A stretch of DNA of 64,000 nt from Ptychomitrium polyphyllum. Taxonomy: Eukaryota. The translations under genes and the position numbers were made by a program. The stretch spans positions 2,542,001-2,606,000 of the forward strand of contig OZ316775.1 in NCBI GenBank assembly GCA_973851085.1, in the 5' to 3' direction. Shown piece by piece: positions 46,303 through 61,300 of the stretch (position 1 is its first letter; each line of letters opens with the position of its first letter). Below the pieces are notes generated by a model. It had not been told where the DNA came from. It saw only the letters and a program-made list of their open reading frames with translations, and made no database searches.

Positions 46303-49300
46303 ATGAAGCACAAGAAAGATTTCGATTGTGGAGAGGCGCTTAGAAAACTAGTAGCTAGACATCCGGGTCTCCGTGATGAGTCCGGCGTTGCGTCATTGCT
46401 AGTGCACAGGGGGAGTGGACTCGAGGAGAATGCGGTTTTGGAAATCATCCAGGATCTCGTCATTCGCCCTGAAGTAGGGATTGCGGCGTTGGGATGCTTT
46501 CGGCCAATTCTCGCCACGGTTTTGGACACTTTGCTGCACTCTCTTCGGCTGCTATGGCGGCAGGGGCGAGCCTCTGGTCGGGAGGGTTTAGGGTTTGTTG
46601 GCATCTCTACGCGGTTGCGGAATGGCGGTGGTTGGGACCTTGGGTTGCATGAGTATACGTGCATTATGTTCAGCACATTGCTGGACTTGGCACCCTACTT
46701 GCTTAGGTACATGGGCTCGTGAGCTGAATTCATGATTTTGGAGCTGTATTTTGTGAAAGGATTGTCTTTTGCTGATGTTTCTAATGTGGGCTTGTGATCA
46801 GTTCGTTTCTTCAATACTTCGAGTTTGCGCCACCGCCTTTTGAGCGTCTGTTGCACGGAGGCGTTGAGAATTATCAGTCTATGGTGTGTACCGGTGGGGA
46901 GCCGCCTTTAACGTCAGGGGCGCCTGCGCTGAGTGAAGTCGTGTATGCATCTTACCGACTTCTGCAATTGGAGTCGACAGTGTTTCGGGAACTTTGGGAC
47001 TGGAGTCCTTTTCTAGATTTATTACGATCAATGCCTACGACTATAGATGAAGCAAGCATAGATGTCCGATGGTGCGGGGTACAGATTGTATCACAAATTT
47101 TGCAAATGAGCGACAAGGCTACTCTGGAATTTAGCCGCACAGTTGCAGGGCTCAGTGAAGAGCATAGTTTTGGCTGTCACCTTCGGTGGAAAAGTCATTG
47201 CCATCAAACGGCTGTTGAGAAATTAGGAATGTATTTAGAGAAACCTAGTCCATCACAAGACTCAGCTATAATTGAAGATGGTCGTTCTGATTGGAGTTTG
47301 AGCAGCGTTAAGAATTGGAAAGGGACAAATAGCTTTCATTTGGAAGTTTGTGGGATTGACCTCCCGGTTCGGCAGGATTTGCGAGAGGGCAGGTTCGTGT
47401 TTTCTTTCATACGAAGCTCAATTATTTATTGTTTGTAGAGACTGTTTATGGGGTTTTTTCAGATGTGGTGTTACTTGCACTGCATTTTCATTAACCTGTG
47501 GGTGTGTTAGTGCTTGTTTCAGCAGTGAAGTGATGTTTCTTACAGAGGCTCTTTTCGTTTTTTCAGGGTATTGCCATCGTCAAGTCAATCCTTAGTGTTG
47601 ACACCAACAGTCAAACGGAACCTGGAGGCTGTAGTGCTGGCATTGAGTCAACGATGCCCAGTGCTTTTAGAAGGACCTATAGGATCTGGAAAGTCGTCTT
47701 TGATTCAGGAGCTGGCGCATACGACGGGCAATTTGGATTTGCTTTTTATTCACTTGGATGATCAGATGGACAGCAAGACTTTGCTTGGGAATTATGCTTG
47801 TACTGAAATTCCAGGGGAGTTTAAGTGGCAACCTGGGGCACTTACTCAAGCAGTTGTGAGAGGAATGTGGGTGGTGTTTGAGGATATTGACAGAGCTCCT
47901 TTCGAGATTTTCTCTGCTCTTATTCCATTGCTCGAGGATCGGAAGTTGTATATACCAGGACGGGGAGAGATGGTCCCAGCTGCTGACAATTTTCGAATCT
48001 TCTCAACTGTGACCCGGACTAGACACGGCAGTACTTTTGCAGGGGGTAAGAAGGAAATGCTGGGCAATCTTTGGAGGAAGGTAGTAGTTGATGCTCCCAA
48101 TGATGAAGAACTTGCAGACATTATCCGCATTCGGTTCCCATCTTTATCTCTAGCGGTCCCAAAACTGATAGGCACTTTTAAGCTAGTCAAGCACATTGCT
48201 TCGCAGTCTGTAAGTTCCGCTGAAGGCCTATCTGACGTTTCGGTGTACATAGGTCGACAGTTATCTACCAGAGATCTGTTTAAATGGTGCATGCGGATTT
48301 CATCCTTAGATTCTCAAGTCTTAGGAGCTTCGGTTGTTTCGAGTTATGCTCGAGAGCGCATATATGTTGAAGCCGCTGACTGCTTTTGTGCTTCAATAGC
48401 AAATATCTCCGACCGGCAACTGGCCCTTTCAATAATCGGGAAGTTTTGGAATGTCCCTGTGGACCGTGTCAGTTTTTACTCTTTGCTTAATAAGCCGTCT
48501 ACTCAAATGAGTACGTCGACATTGCAAGTAGGAAGAGTTAGTCTTCTTGTTCAGCCTAGAACAGGGAAACCTCAGTCTGCTCGTCTTTTTGCAAACACCG
48601 GGCATGCTGTTCGCACCTTGGAATCGATAGCTGTATGTGTGCAGCAACAGGAGCCAGTTCTTCTTGTTGGTGAGACAGGTACGGGGAAGACCAGTGTTGT
48701 GCAACATCTTGCTTGGCAATTAGGAATGCCTCTCATCGTGCTGAATATGAGTCAGCAAACAGATAGTGCGGACTTTCTTGGCGGGTACAAGCCAGTTGAA
48801 GCACAGGGGGTATGCATACCTTTACTGGAGACCTTTAATATGCTTTTCCGAGATACTTTTCCAAAGAAAAAGAATGCCGATTTGCTGGAACATGTACAGC
48901 GATTTGTAGAGAAGAAAAAGTGGGATAAGCTGTTGAAAGCTTTTCGAACTGTAGTTGGGACAGTTTCGACGTTGTTGGGTGCATCCTTTGAGTCTGATGA
49001 AAGTGCATCCACTGTGAAAGTTAAGGAAGCAGCATATGGGCATTCTGCAGAGGAGCAGAGCTCGAAAAGAAAGCGTCACCTTAACAGCAGACTGTTAAAC
49101 CGATGGCGAGCCTTCACGTCGGAGTTACAAAAGGCTGAGCGGCAGGTGGAAGCTGCAAACACAGGATTTGCTTTCTCCTTTGTTGAGGGTGTACTAGTGA
49201 AGGCTATTCGAGAGGGCCATTGGCTTTTGCTAGATGAAGTCAATCTGGCCCCAGTTGAGACTTTGGAGAGGTTAACAGGCGTATTGGAAGGGGCAGGAGG

Positions 49301-52300
49301 CACACTATCTCTCACAGAACGTGGTGATGTGGACAATGTATCCCGCCACCCTAATTTTCGCATTTTCGCTTGTATGAACCCAGCAACTGATTTCGGAAAA
49401 CGAGACCTGCCAATGACCTTACGAAATCGTTTCACAGAGTTATACATTGATGAACTGACACAGGAAGAGGACCTGCAATCTTTAGTATTCCAGTATTTAG
49501 AGAATTCTGTTCCTTCTCCACCTGTAGAAGACATCGTTAATTTTTACCTGAAAGCTCGGCACGAAGCTGGGACCAGGCTCTTGGATGGAGCCAATCAGAA
49601 GCCACAGTACAGTTTAAGGTCGCTTGCAAGAGCACTTGAGTACACGTGTGCTGCCATGGCTACCTATGGTTTTTTGAGATCATTGTATGATGGTATCTGC
49701 ATGTCGTTCTTGACTCTACTTGATCAACCAAGTGCGTTAATCATGGAGCAGCTTATTCATGAGGCTTTGTTTAAGACTACGAGACCTGCTGCGACAAAAG
49801 TTTTGAAGGCTCTTCTTAAAGTCCCACCTCAGCCTAGTTCCACCCATGTTTTGGTTGAACATATTTGGGTGGAGAGCGGTAATGCACAGCCTTCAAGGTC
49901 AGCCAGTAACAATTTTGCATAGATCGTTAATAGTGTCATACCTTTAGTTAGTGTAACAGCTTGGAATGCTTTCATAGCCTTTGACTAATTCTCTTATTTA
50001 CAACATTGGTATTTGGTTCGGTCGTTGATGTTGCATGTCGAGTGCGAAGTACTTATATATTTCTAGTACTTTTCTAATGTGTTTTTTTGGCAGGTTATCA
50101 TTGGAATCTCGGGATAGGTATGTGCTGACCAAGACTATTACAGAGCATCTCAAGAACCTGGCAAGGGCAGTATTTGTTCGCAAATATCCTGTTTTGTTAC
50201 AAGGGCCTACTTCAAGTGGGAAAACAAGTCTTGTTGAATACCTGGCTACCATAACAGGTCATCGGTTTGTCCGCATTAACAATCATGAGCACACAGATCT
50301 TCAAGAGTACCTTGGGTCCTATGTAACTGATTCTTCAGGAAAGCTGGTTTTCCAAGAAGGAGCACTTGTTGAAGCTGTGCGGAAAGGCTATTGGATTGTG
50401 CTGGATGAATTGAATTTGGCACCTTCTGATGTCTTGGAGGCCCTCAATCGTTTGCTGGATGATAATAGAGAGTTGTTTGTTCCAGAGCTTCAGCTTACAG
50501 TGAAGCCGCATCCGCATTTTATGTTATTTGCCACGCAAAACCCCCCAGGAATTTATGGTGGTCGGAAGGTGCTCTCTCGGGCATTTCGAAATCGATTCAT
50601 GGAGCTTCACATTGATGATATTCCTGATGACGAGTTGTGTATGATACTGGAGAGGCGATGTCAGATTCCAAGAAGTTATGCCGTCAAGATGATTGAGGTG
50701 ATGAAGGACTTGCAGCGACACAGACAAGGTAGCAAGGTGTTTGCTGGAAAGCATGGTTTCATAACTGCTCGCGATCTTTTTCGATGGGCTGAACGGCATG
50801 GGAATGGTTATGAGGAGCTAGCCAGGGATGGTTACATGCTGTTGGCGGAGAGGCTGCGGAATTCGGAAGAGAAGGAAGTAGTGCAAAGAGTTCTAGAAAA
50901 GCATATGCGTGTGAAGTTGGATGTGAAGCAGCTCCATGATATGGAAGCTTCTGAGACGTTGAAGGCGGTCATGAATTTGGCAGAGTCACCAGAGCATGTG
51001 TCTACGTTTGGTAGGATTGTTTGGACGAAGAGTATGAAGCGGCTGTTCAATTTAGTAGAGCATTGCATTAGACATTGCGAGCCTGTTCTGTTAGTTGGGG
51101 AGACTGGATGTGGGAAGACCATGGTTTGCCAGCTGCTTTCTTTGTTTTACAGTCAACGTCTACATATATTAAATTGCCATCAGCACTCAGAGACTTCAGA
51201 CTTTCTTGGTGGCCTACGTCCAGTTCGGGACCGTGATAGCCTTGCTACTAAGTTTCAGAAAGCTGCAGAGAGAATCAATTCAATAGATTTATTTCGAGAA
51301 GTTTGTCCTCATGAGTTGCCTGTGAAGATAGAGGACTCGGGGATGACATTGACAATTATAAAGAATGCTTTGTCAGGTATGTCAATCTACTATTACTCTT
51401 TCGATGGCCTTCATCTTCTCTGGGTTCTATTTGTATCTGTTGTTTTTCAATAGGATTGGAGATCAGGCGTTGTTTGAACATGTCACGTATGGCAACTTGT
51501 CACTCTCTAGCCTTCAACGATAAATCTCAGTTACAATGCTTCAAATTGTAGCTCACGCAATGTAATTTTCTTTGAGCTTTGATAGGAGATGTTTTTTGAG
51601 CATTACTCTCCTTCTGTTGTTGCTTCAAGCACTTAGGTCCTCTGCGGTGACATTTCTGTAGTTCCTGAATTTATTGTACTGTTAATTGATTTTTCTCTGT
51701 TATTTGTTTCATCTGACAGACTTGAAGAAAAGAAAACAAGACAAGAAAGGCAAAGTGGCAAAAGCAACGATGCTCTTGGACGAAGCTTTGAAGGATGTTG
51801 CTGATTACCACAAAGAGTGGCAATCGCTTTTTGTGTGGCACGATGGTCCACTTGTTCAGGCTATGCGCAACGGTGATATGTTCCTTGTGGACGAAATATC
51901 TCTTGCAGAGGACAGTGTACTGGAAAGGCTTAATAGTGTGCTTGAGCCGAAACGCCTTTTGGTAATTGCCAAATTTGCAGCGTGGCAATCATTTGTTTTA
52001 ACTTTGTATGTGTTTGTGTGTGTTTTTATGGACAAACGAGATGTTTTGTGACTGCTTGGTGTTCTTGATATATGTGTTAGAATTTCTCAGTTCATAGTCT
52101 TTGTCTACTTTGGGAATGGTGTTAATTCTGTAACATTTTTTCACAGGTTTTAGCGGAGAAAGGAGGTTCTGATGTAGAGGAGCTGATTGCTAACTCAAGC
52201 TTTCGTATCTTGGCGACGATGAACCCTGGAGGAGACTTTGGCAAAAAAGAGCTGTCTCCTGCTTTGAGAAATCGTTTTACTGAGGTTTGGGTCTCTCCAA

Positions 52301-55300
52301 TCAACGACATAGGTGATCTAAGAAATATTGCTGTGGATAGATTCTCAAGGCCTGACCTTGTCAAATTAGCAGATCCTATGCTTGGATTTTGGCAGTGGTT
52401 TCAGCGTCATCATGAAGGCGGAAGGTCACTTTCAGTGCGAGATCTTTTGTCTTGGATTACTTATATCAATGTCGCTGAATTGGAGATCGGCGAAATTCCT
52501 GCATTTACTCATGGTGCTTTTCTGGTTCTTCTGGATGGAATTGGCTTTGGGTTGGGACTGTCAAATTCATCTGCTCAACAGTTGCAATTGGAATGCGTAA
52601 AATATTTGTTTGAGCGATTACCAGAAGATCAGAGACAGGTTGCAGTTGAAACGACCAAATTAGGTGATCACACATTTGGGTTAATGGAAATGGATCCAAT
52701 GGAGGTTGACGCAGACTCTGGAAGCAATTTATTTGGAATTCGTCCTTTTTATATTCCTAGAGGTGATTATACATCACCAAATAGTAGCTTTGCATTGGAT
52801 GCACCTACTACCAAGCGGAATGCATGGCGAATTTTACGGGCCATGCAGCTGCATAAGCCAGTCCTTATAGAAGGAAGTCCAGGTGTTGGTAAAACGAGCC
52901 TGGTGGCAGCTTTGGCAGAAGCGTCAGGTCACGCTTTGGTAAGAATTAATCTTTCTGAGCAGACAGATATAATGGATTTATTGGGGTCGGATATGCCAGT
53001 TGAAGGAGGCACTGGTGCTGAATTTCAATGGTCGGACGGAGTGTTTTTGCAGGTCAGTTATATCCCTCATTTTTCCCAATATGCTGTATCTATATATCTT
53101 GTATACATTAAGGTTTCCGTTTGGTTTTTTGTAATTTAAGGCAAAAGTAAGTAGCGGGGAATGTGACTTGTTGTCTATGTGTTTGAAGTATTCGACTTAT
53201 AATTTATTCTTCATTTTTGTAAATGAAACAGTTCGCTGGTTCAAAATGGAAAAAAAATGTATCTGATTATGGTTTCTCTAACTATTAATTTTGTATGGCT
53301 AGAAGCGTCCAGGTATGGCTAAATACATCTTTAGGAGAAAGTAGGTTTTATTGTTCTCTCTGAGTTGTACTCTTTTTTGGACACTTGGTTCTTTCGATAT
53401 AATCGCTGATTTAACTTGTCCAATAAAATTTTCTTTGACAGGCTCTCAAAGCTGGACAATGGGTGCTTCTCGACGAACTCAACCTTGCATCACAATCAGT
53501 GCTAGAGGGTCTGAATGCATGTCTTGATCACCGAGGAGAGCTTTTCATTCCTGAGCTAGGCCGAAGCTTTAAGTGCCCCTCCTCGTTCCGTGTGTTTGCT
53601 TGTCAAAACCCATTGTCTCAAGGAGGAGGTCGTAAAGGTCTTCCAAAGTCATTCTTGAATCGATTTACTAAGGTCTATGTGGAAGCTCTCTCCACAGATG
53701 ACTTTCTAGAAATTGCAAGCATCTTACATCCTTCGCTTTCAAAATCTGTATTGAAGAGCATGATTGAGTTTAATTATCGGTTGCATGACGACACAATGGT
53801 TCGTCATAAATACGGACATTCCGGCTCTCCTTGGGAATTTAATCTCAGGGACATACTGCGGTGGTGTGAACTAATGGAGAGGAACAAATGCAGTTCATCA
53901 GGTGTTGAAGCACACACTTGTGCACCAGAATATTTCCTTGATGTCATGTATCTCCAGCGTATGCGAACAGTTGGTGACAGGCGTCGAGTGCTGAGTCTTT
54001 TCCAGGAGGTGTTTGGTTCTCATTTTGATCTCGAAGTTTTCCCAGCAGTTTCTGTTCTTCCTGAGAAGTTGCAAGTTGGGCTAGCAACTCTTCCTCGTCG
54101 ACAAGGACCCCGGTTACGAGGAGATTTGGATAAGCAATTACAGGTTTTGCCAGGTGTAGCGAACAGGTTAGGGTTTTGCAGACGTTGTCTCTTGTTTTCT
54201 TCACTGCTTTTAGATGTTACCTTTCATAATTTACCTCTTCTGTGATTTTTCTTACAATAGCTTTTATACATGTTCATTTTATCAAAGAGCTTGTTTTTCT
54301 TACATATTCTAGTTATCGTCTATCTATACAGGCTATGCTAAGTTGATTAATATGCTTTTGTGGAGATGCATTTTATGAACGGTATGAAGTTTTTCATAAT
54401 TATTGAGTCTATTTTTGTATTTTTGTATCTGAAAAGTTATCATTGGGAGCAGGTTGGAAGCTGCCATGCATTGTGTCTCCAAAGGGTGGATGTGTATTGT
54501 GGTTGGACCTCCTGCGACTGGGAAAACTTCCCTTGTGCGCCTGATGGCTGCTCTTACAGGTAACTCTTTGCATGAGTTTACCTTGTCCAGCGCGACAGAC
54601 ACAACCGAGCTGCTAGGTTGCTTTGAACAACATGATCCCTTTCGACGGTGGCAGGAGATTGTGAAGTTGGCATATGACTCGTTGAAGACCATCTGCAGCT
54701 CCTGTTTGTCAGCTAATGAAGGTAATGCTATTTTGTCCCACTTGATCACAACAATTTATTGACAATGTTTGCATGTCTTCGCCTGGGAATTATTATGCGG
54801 CTAGTACAAGACTGAATCCAACCCATTCCAGAGCTTGTGACAAGGGTACGAGCTGGTGGATGCTGTTGAAAGCACACTCTTGTGTATTGTGTACAATTCT
54901 TTTTCAACATGTACATTTTGTAGAGGAACTAGGTCTCTTCCAATTTCATATCCTGAATCGCTTAGTGCTAATTCTAGTATTTCTGTTTCAGAAGGTTCTT
55001 TTCAGGCCGACCTTAAACTGAATATGGTCAAGAGACTCTTTGGATCTTGGATTGCTTTTCAGAAGATCTCTAGTGGCCATGTGGCCACCACTATAGAGCA
55101 GGAGTTTGATCAGGGTGTGGTAGACCCAGCTGCTGTCAACATGCTTCTACAGACTTTAGAGCAGCTGCGCCAGACAGTTACATCCTTTAGCATGACGATG
55201 GACGATCCTGAGTTGGACCCACACAATTTGTACCGAAGAGTGGCACAGTTGAGGTCTAGCCTTGGACAGTTGGGAACTGCTGGGCGTTTTGAATGGGTGG

Positions 55301-58300
55301 ATGGAGGGCTGTTAAAAGCTATTGAGCGTGGGGAGTGGGTAGTACTTGAGAACGCAAACTTCTGTAACCCAACGGTACGTCTTTGTTTATACATGTATGA
55401 ACATGAAGCTGCCAGAGAAACAGTTTCGTCAATGAATAAGGTTAAGAATAGTGTTACAAGAATTTGCACGTGATGATCTATTGTGTTTTAGCTACTTTTC
55501 GACTGCCCTCTACTGTGTTCTTGTATCATGATTTTTTGAAGTATTTTGACACTACTAAATTAATTTTTCTGCTGATATTTCTTTTTGCACGTGAGAAGCT
55601 ACAGCTTCGTCTTGGATTATAAATTTCTGGACATGTCTTGACAGGTTCTTGACCGGCTGAATCCCCTGCTGGAACCTGGAGGTAGCATCATGGTGAATGA
55701 ACGTGGTCTTGTTGAAGGTGAAGCTATGGTTGTTCACGCCCATCCAAATTTCCGTCTCTTTCTCACTGTGGACCCTGCCCATGGTGAAGTCTCAAGAGCC
55801 ATGCGCAACCGAGGAGTTGAGCTGTTTATGCTACAACCTGATTGGCTGCAGTCTGCAGTAAATGACTCTCCGATCTTAGAAGAGCTGTTGGGAGGATTTT
55901 TTGCTTCTGATCTTGATAGCTTGAAAATTCTCACGCAAGCTGGAGTCCCAGTCCCTGCCTTGATACAGGGAATGTGCAGGACACATATTGATGTTCGAAT
56001 TCTTACAGAGGTCACTCACAGTGGGTTGCCTGTGTCCTTACGAGAACTCTATGAATGGGTGTCGTTGCTCCAGCAGCTCCTTGAAAGGGGTGGCAGCCTA
56101 TCTTGGTCTTTGATGTGCAGCTGGGAACAAGTTTATGCGCGTCGTCTTGATAATGCGGAGACAAGACAAGAAGCTATGGAGAAGTTCCAATCTAGGCTGG
56201 GATCTTTGGATCTTTCGAGTGCTGGTAACCGGGAACAGGTGGCGTGTAGTATCCCAGGGGGTTGGCCTTCTCCTCTCACATTTGCAGAGTTCTGCCTTGC
56301 CTCCAAGGAGGCAATGGTTTTGCGTGATAGTGCTTTCTTGGAGTATCTAGGTGCTCAATCGTTTGCCTTCAAATCTTTGAGAGAGTGGCCATTGATGGCG
56401 GATGAACAGAGTCAGCTATTGAAGCGCCTTGAAGGCTCAAGAACCATAATTCCATATCTTCCAGCAAGTTTGCTCCACTATCTGTTGAACCCAGAGCAAG
56501 GGTCAACCAGCAACAGTCCTCTTCCTAATGCCAAAACACAAAATTTGGATCTTGTACTGCTTTTTGCCAGCTTGTGGATGTTGGAGCAAGGAAGCTATGT
56601 AGATATCAACCTTCGAATTAAGTGGCTTGGTCAATGGACAGGTTGTTTACAGGGTTCCCTTGATAGTGTTAAACGTGTGGTCGTTGCAATCAAACGTGAG
56701 ACTGCACATCCACTCTCGAGGGAGCTGTCGTTTATGTGGGAGAAGTACTCACAGGAGGGGAAGCATCTCAATTTTTATATTGTATCTTCTCTTGTTGAAA
56801 GGTCGGCTACATTGAGCAAGCTGGAACGTCCAGAAAGTAAGGGCAGTTTGGGGGAGTTGGTTTCTATGGCAACTAGATTACAGATACTAAGAAGAAGTTT
56901 GCTTCAATGGGAAGAAGAAGATGAGCAATATAGAAGGGCTGAGCAGCTGGATTTCAATTCTTTAACTGGACCAATTGTGCAGTCTTACTGGCAACATACT
57001 CACCGGACCGAGCGTTCTCGGCTTCCTTCTGGGCAATATCCAAGAGCGATGTTAGTATATCTGTATCCATTATTTACTTTTTTGCGAGAGTTGGAGAATA
57101 GTGTGCTATCATCAAGCAGTAGTGGTCGTTGGGAAAGTGTCGTGGGTCTCTTTTTGAATGTTCAAGAGTGGCATGAAGCTCTCTGGAAGCACTTGAGCAG
57201 ACCCAAGTTTGATGTTGAAGGCTTCCTCTTTCATTGGAGCTCATTGAAACGTAGTCTTCAGGCTCTTGCCTCTATAACAAGTAAGATTTCTGAATCTGTT
57301 GTGGAGGCAGAAGCTATAGTTAAAGGCCTTGTGAGATTGATAGACGAGCCGTTTTCCTTAGGGGAGAATCCTCTTGCAAAACCGCTTTTATGGAAGTATG
57401 CTGGTCATCCAGGGCTACCTCACTCCAGAGAGGTTTTTGATTTGGAAATGAAGGTTATGAAGATTTGTGAAGACTTACGGCAGTGTGGAGGGAACGAAGG
57501 GATTATGACCATCATTACAGATGGTAATATTCGGCAGCTTACTACAACAGGCTTGAGTATCATACGTTGGTTTGGTCAGGACGCCGTAGGAGGGGCAGAA
57601 GGAAGTACCAGTGCTTCTGAACATATCACTCTGGATGATGGGGCACCAGCTAGCACAAGCTACTCTGAATCTCTCGAAATCTATCAAATGCTCAACGAAA
57701 GAGTAGAACACGAAAAGTCGGAAGTTACTCCTGTGGGCGATCATGACATAATACCTCTGCCAAGTACATCTGCTTCGGCTACTGATAGCGCAAGAAGCGA
57801 ACTTCAGCATTCTTTATGTGTTTCGTTTCCGAAAGAGTTGCTGCGATGGCCAAGTGCTTGGGCACTCTGGGCTGAGCTTCTACCGTGGCTGAGCAACATA
57901 AGTTTTTGCCAAGACATGAGACTGATAGCTGAAGTTTCACTTCTCGCTGGAACTGATTATGGAACAGAAGAGAATTTGGTAGCTATGCTGAAAGACAGAG
58001 TCTCAGAGAGTGCTTTAAAGAAAATGATAGAGTTCGCCATTTCTTGTTCTTCAAGGTCTCCAGCTGACCTGGTACCCCACCAACACCTTTTATGGCTATT
58101 GGACGGGACTCATCCTACGAAGTCTGGGATATTACCTGCTTTTCGTGAAGTTAGTCACGAGTTGGTATACAGGTGGCATTCAGCTTTGTGGACGAATATG
58201 TTAGCTGTGCCTAACGCCTTGGAGGAGTGGGGTCGAACGATGGGTCCTGCAAGGGTTTTCTATGCTGCACAGACTGTACATTTTGCCAATTTACTTGGTC

Positions 58301-61300
58301 GAACAGGTGCTGTAAGAGACCATTATGCAAAACTTACCCAGCTCAGGTTGGCATCAGTGCACGTTTGGACTCAGGCGAAACTGAAGGCTAGTGATGTGTT
58401 TGTGTCTAATATTTGTAGTGCGAGTGCTATTTTTCGGCAGATTATATGCTCTTATGGGAAATCTTTTCAGGAAGATATTTACAGAAGACTAGCCAGCATG
58501 CTTTCTGTGTTGCATTCGGCTGCCGTGGAGAATAAGTTAAGATTGTCGACAAACGAAGGTGAGATACTTGAGAGTTTTACAGCCTTGCTTAAGCAATCAC
58601 AGCATGCAGAGTTTTTGAAACTTGTTGAGCCTTTAATATTTCCATGTATAAAACTCTTGTATTCCACTCGTTGGAATGATCTGAGTTTTAGCGAGTACCT
58701 GATGAATCTAGGAAGAGTGTGGCTGTATCTGGGGGAGCTCAGGCTACATTTGCTGTTGCCATCAGATGGATGTGACCCAGTTGCCAAATATAGTCATAAA
58801 CATGCTCATCTTACATCGCAGTCCACACTGCTGGATTTAGATATAAAGGTGCGGCAGAAAAGTGAATTTTTGATTAGAGGTAGCAGATATTCGCCTAAGA
58901 CTGAGAATCTTCTATTGAAGCTGGAGGGTACGAAACAAGAACTGACTTCTTTAGCTTTGAAGTTGGTTCCACGACCTGATCCTCCGAAGTTTAGGAACTT
59001 CTTGAGTGAAGTTCTTCAGTTCATGAAGTCGTCAGTTGATAAAGGAAGGTTGTCCGTCTTAGCATTTGATTTAATGGTGGATGAAGGGAGAGGTGGCCGA
59101 ATTCTTCATGAAGTTTCTACGTGGCAGGAAAATGCCATGCACTTTATTAACCGGCTGGTTTTTGAGTTTCCTTCATACAGAGATGTAGTACAGCCTGTCT
59201 TATTGGCTGTCTATGAACTGAAATTTGGGTTATCTCTGCTACAAGCTGGCCACGTGCAGAGAGACCTTTTTGATAACGATGATGTGAGTACTGGAGAAAA
59301 TGGTTTTGGAGAGCTTCTGTGCACCCTGATGCAGTTTCCAACTGTGAGAAGCGACGTAGGACACAAAATTTCTGCATCTTGTTCTGAACTGGTGACGAAT
59401 ACCACAGAGGCGATCATCAGCAAGGTGGCCAACTCCTTGTTGTCTGGCCCTATCCACGGAGAGGTTCTTGATTTGGAGCTGAAAGTGCTAGTCATGCGAG
59501 TTGCCATTTTACGCTGTGGAATTGATACACAGCAGGCAAGGGTCAAGGCGAAGGATGTTGTGAAGGCTGTAAACAATATATTTGCTACTCTGGCCTCCTT
59601 GTGGTCTGAGATTCGAGAGAGGCAAATGGCCAGGGACAAGGAAGAGGAGGAGTTTATACGGTTCACTGCTCGGACACACACTATGGAAACTGAGGATGAA
59701 ATAGAAGAAGCATCCTTTCGAGAGATGTTTGTAGATTATAAAACTGAATTCCCAGGTTATAATGATGATGACAGAGGTATGATTACTGCTGAAATGGATG
59801 ATAGAAGAGCAGAAGCTGCATTGAAAGAGAAAGAGAAGGTTGCCGAAGATGCGAAACAAAGATCTGACAGAGCATGGTTGAAAATACAGGGGCCTCTTAT
59901 TCAAGATGTTGTGTCAGTTCACAGCCATATTTTTAGTCGGAAATCCATAGTCCTGAATAGTGAGCAAGGAGCTGAGAATGCACTGGTGTCAGATTGGGAG
60001 AGGGAAAATGCTTTTTCACTTGCTTACCAGACTGGAGTGCGCTTACTTGGAGCAATTGGTCATAGAGTTTCTGCCAAAGTGGAAGATTCACTTATGGCAT
60101 CGCATATGATGCAAGTGGGTGTTGAGCATAAAAGAGTAGGGGATTTGCGCCAGTCTTCTGAGTCTAGGAATACGAAGCACAATATCTACAAGGATTCCAA
60201 TCCTCCAGAGATGGCATTGATGTTAGAACCTTTGAGACAGTTTTTGGAGCGTGTCAGTGGTTTATTAGCTGAATGGCCAGATCACCCAATTTTGGTGCAG
60301 TTCTTGAATATAGCAAAGGCCTTAATAGGAATCTCTCTAGAAGCCCCTATCATGAAAGCACTTACTGGAATAGAGCTGTTGCTTTCTAAAGCTCAACTCT
60401 GGGAGGAGAACTCTGCGAAGCATGTCTCGTTAGCAAGAGAGATGGGCGAATTGATGAAGTTGGTAAGAAGATGGCGAAAGTTGGAGCTCGAAAGTTGGCC
60501 TGCTTTGCTAGAATGTACATTAGAAAAGCACGAGAAGAATGCCGAGAGATTGTGGTTTTTCCTTCATGGTTTACTCCACAGGCAGCTGGGTGAGGATTTC
60601 CGCAAGGACATAGAAGCCACAATTTCTAGTTTAGAAGAGTTCATGCAAACCTCTCCCCTGGGGGAGTTCCAACGACGGCTCGACCTGTTGGGTTCTTTTC
60701 ATGGACAGTTCCTGTTGGAGGAGAAGTACGATGATCCCCATCCTGGGGCATCTAGAACCACTGTGCAGAAGCTCTGTAACGTTCTGTACAACGTTCGGGA
60801 GTACTACTTACAGTTCCTGCCTGCAGTGGAAGAGGCTTTAACGATTGGGAAGGCTCCTATTGAGAAGGAGTTGAAGGGCTTTGTAAGGTTGACCAAGTGG
60901 GAGGATCGAGGTTATTATGCACTAGCTCTGTCAGCAGAGAAGACCCACCGGAAGCTTCACAAGTTGATTCGTAAGTATGACGAACTCCTGAAGAAATCGG
61001 TGATGGAGGTGTTATCAAAGCAATCTTTACGTATGGGTGCTCAAACTCTTGCGACGTTGACTAACCCATGGGAGCCTTCACCAACTGACGAAGAGCTTAC
61101 AGAAAAACCTGTCGACAATGATGACAAGCCCTTCCCTGCGCCTATTCCTGTAGAAGAGGTCTCTGCAAGTAGAGGAAGTTCCGTTATCACTGCGTGGGAC
61201 CAGTTTTGTGGAACGAAGGTCGCAGAGGTGAAGGTGATGGTCTCTGGAACTGATCAGGGACTTCCAGAGTTGCATAAGCGGTTACCATCTCTGACAGCAA

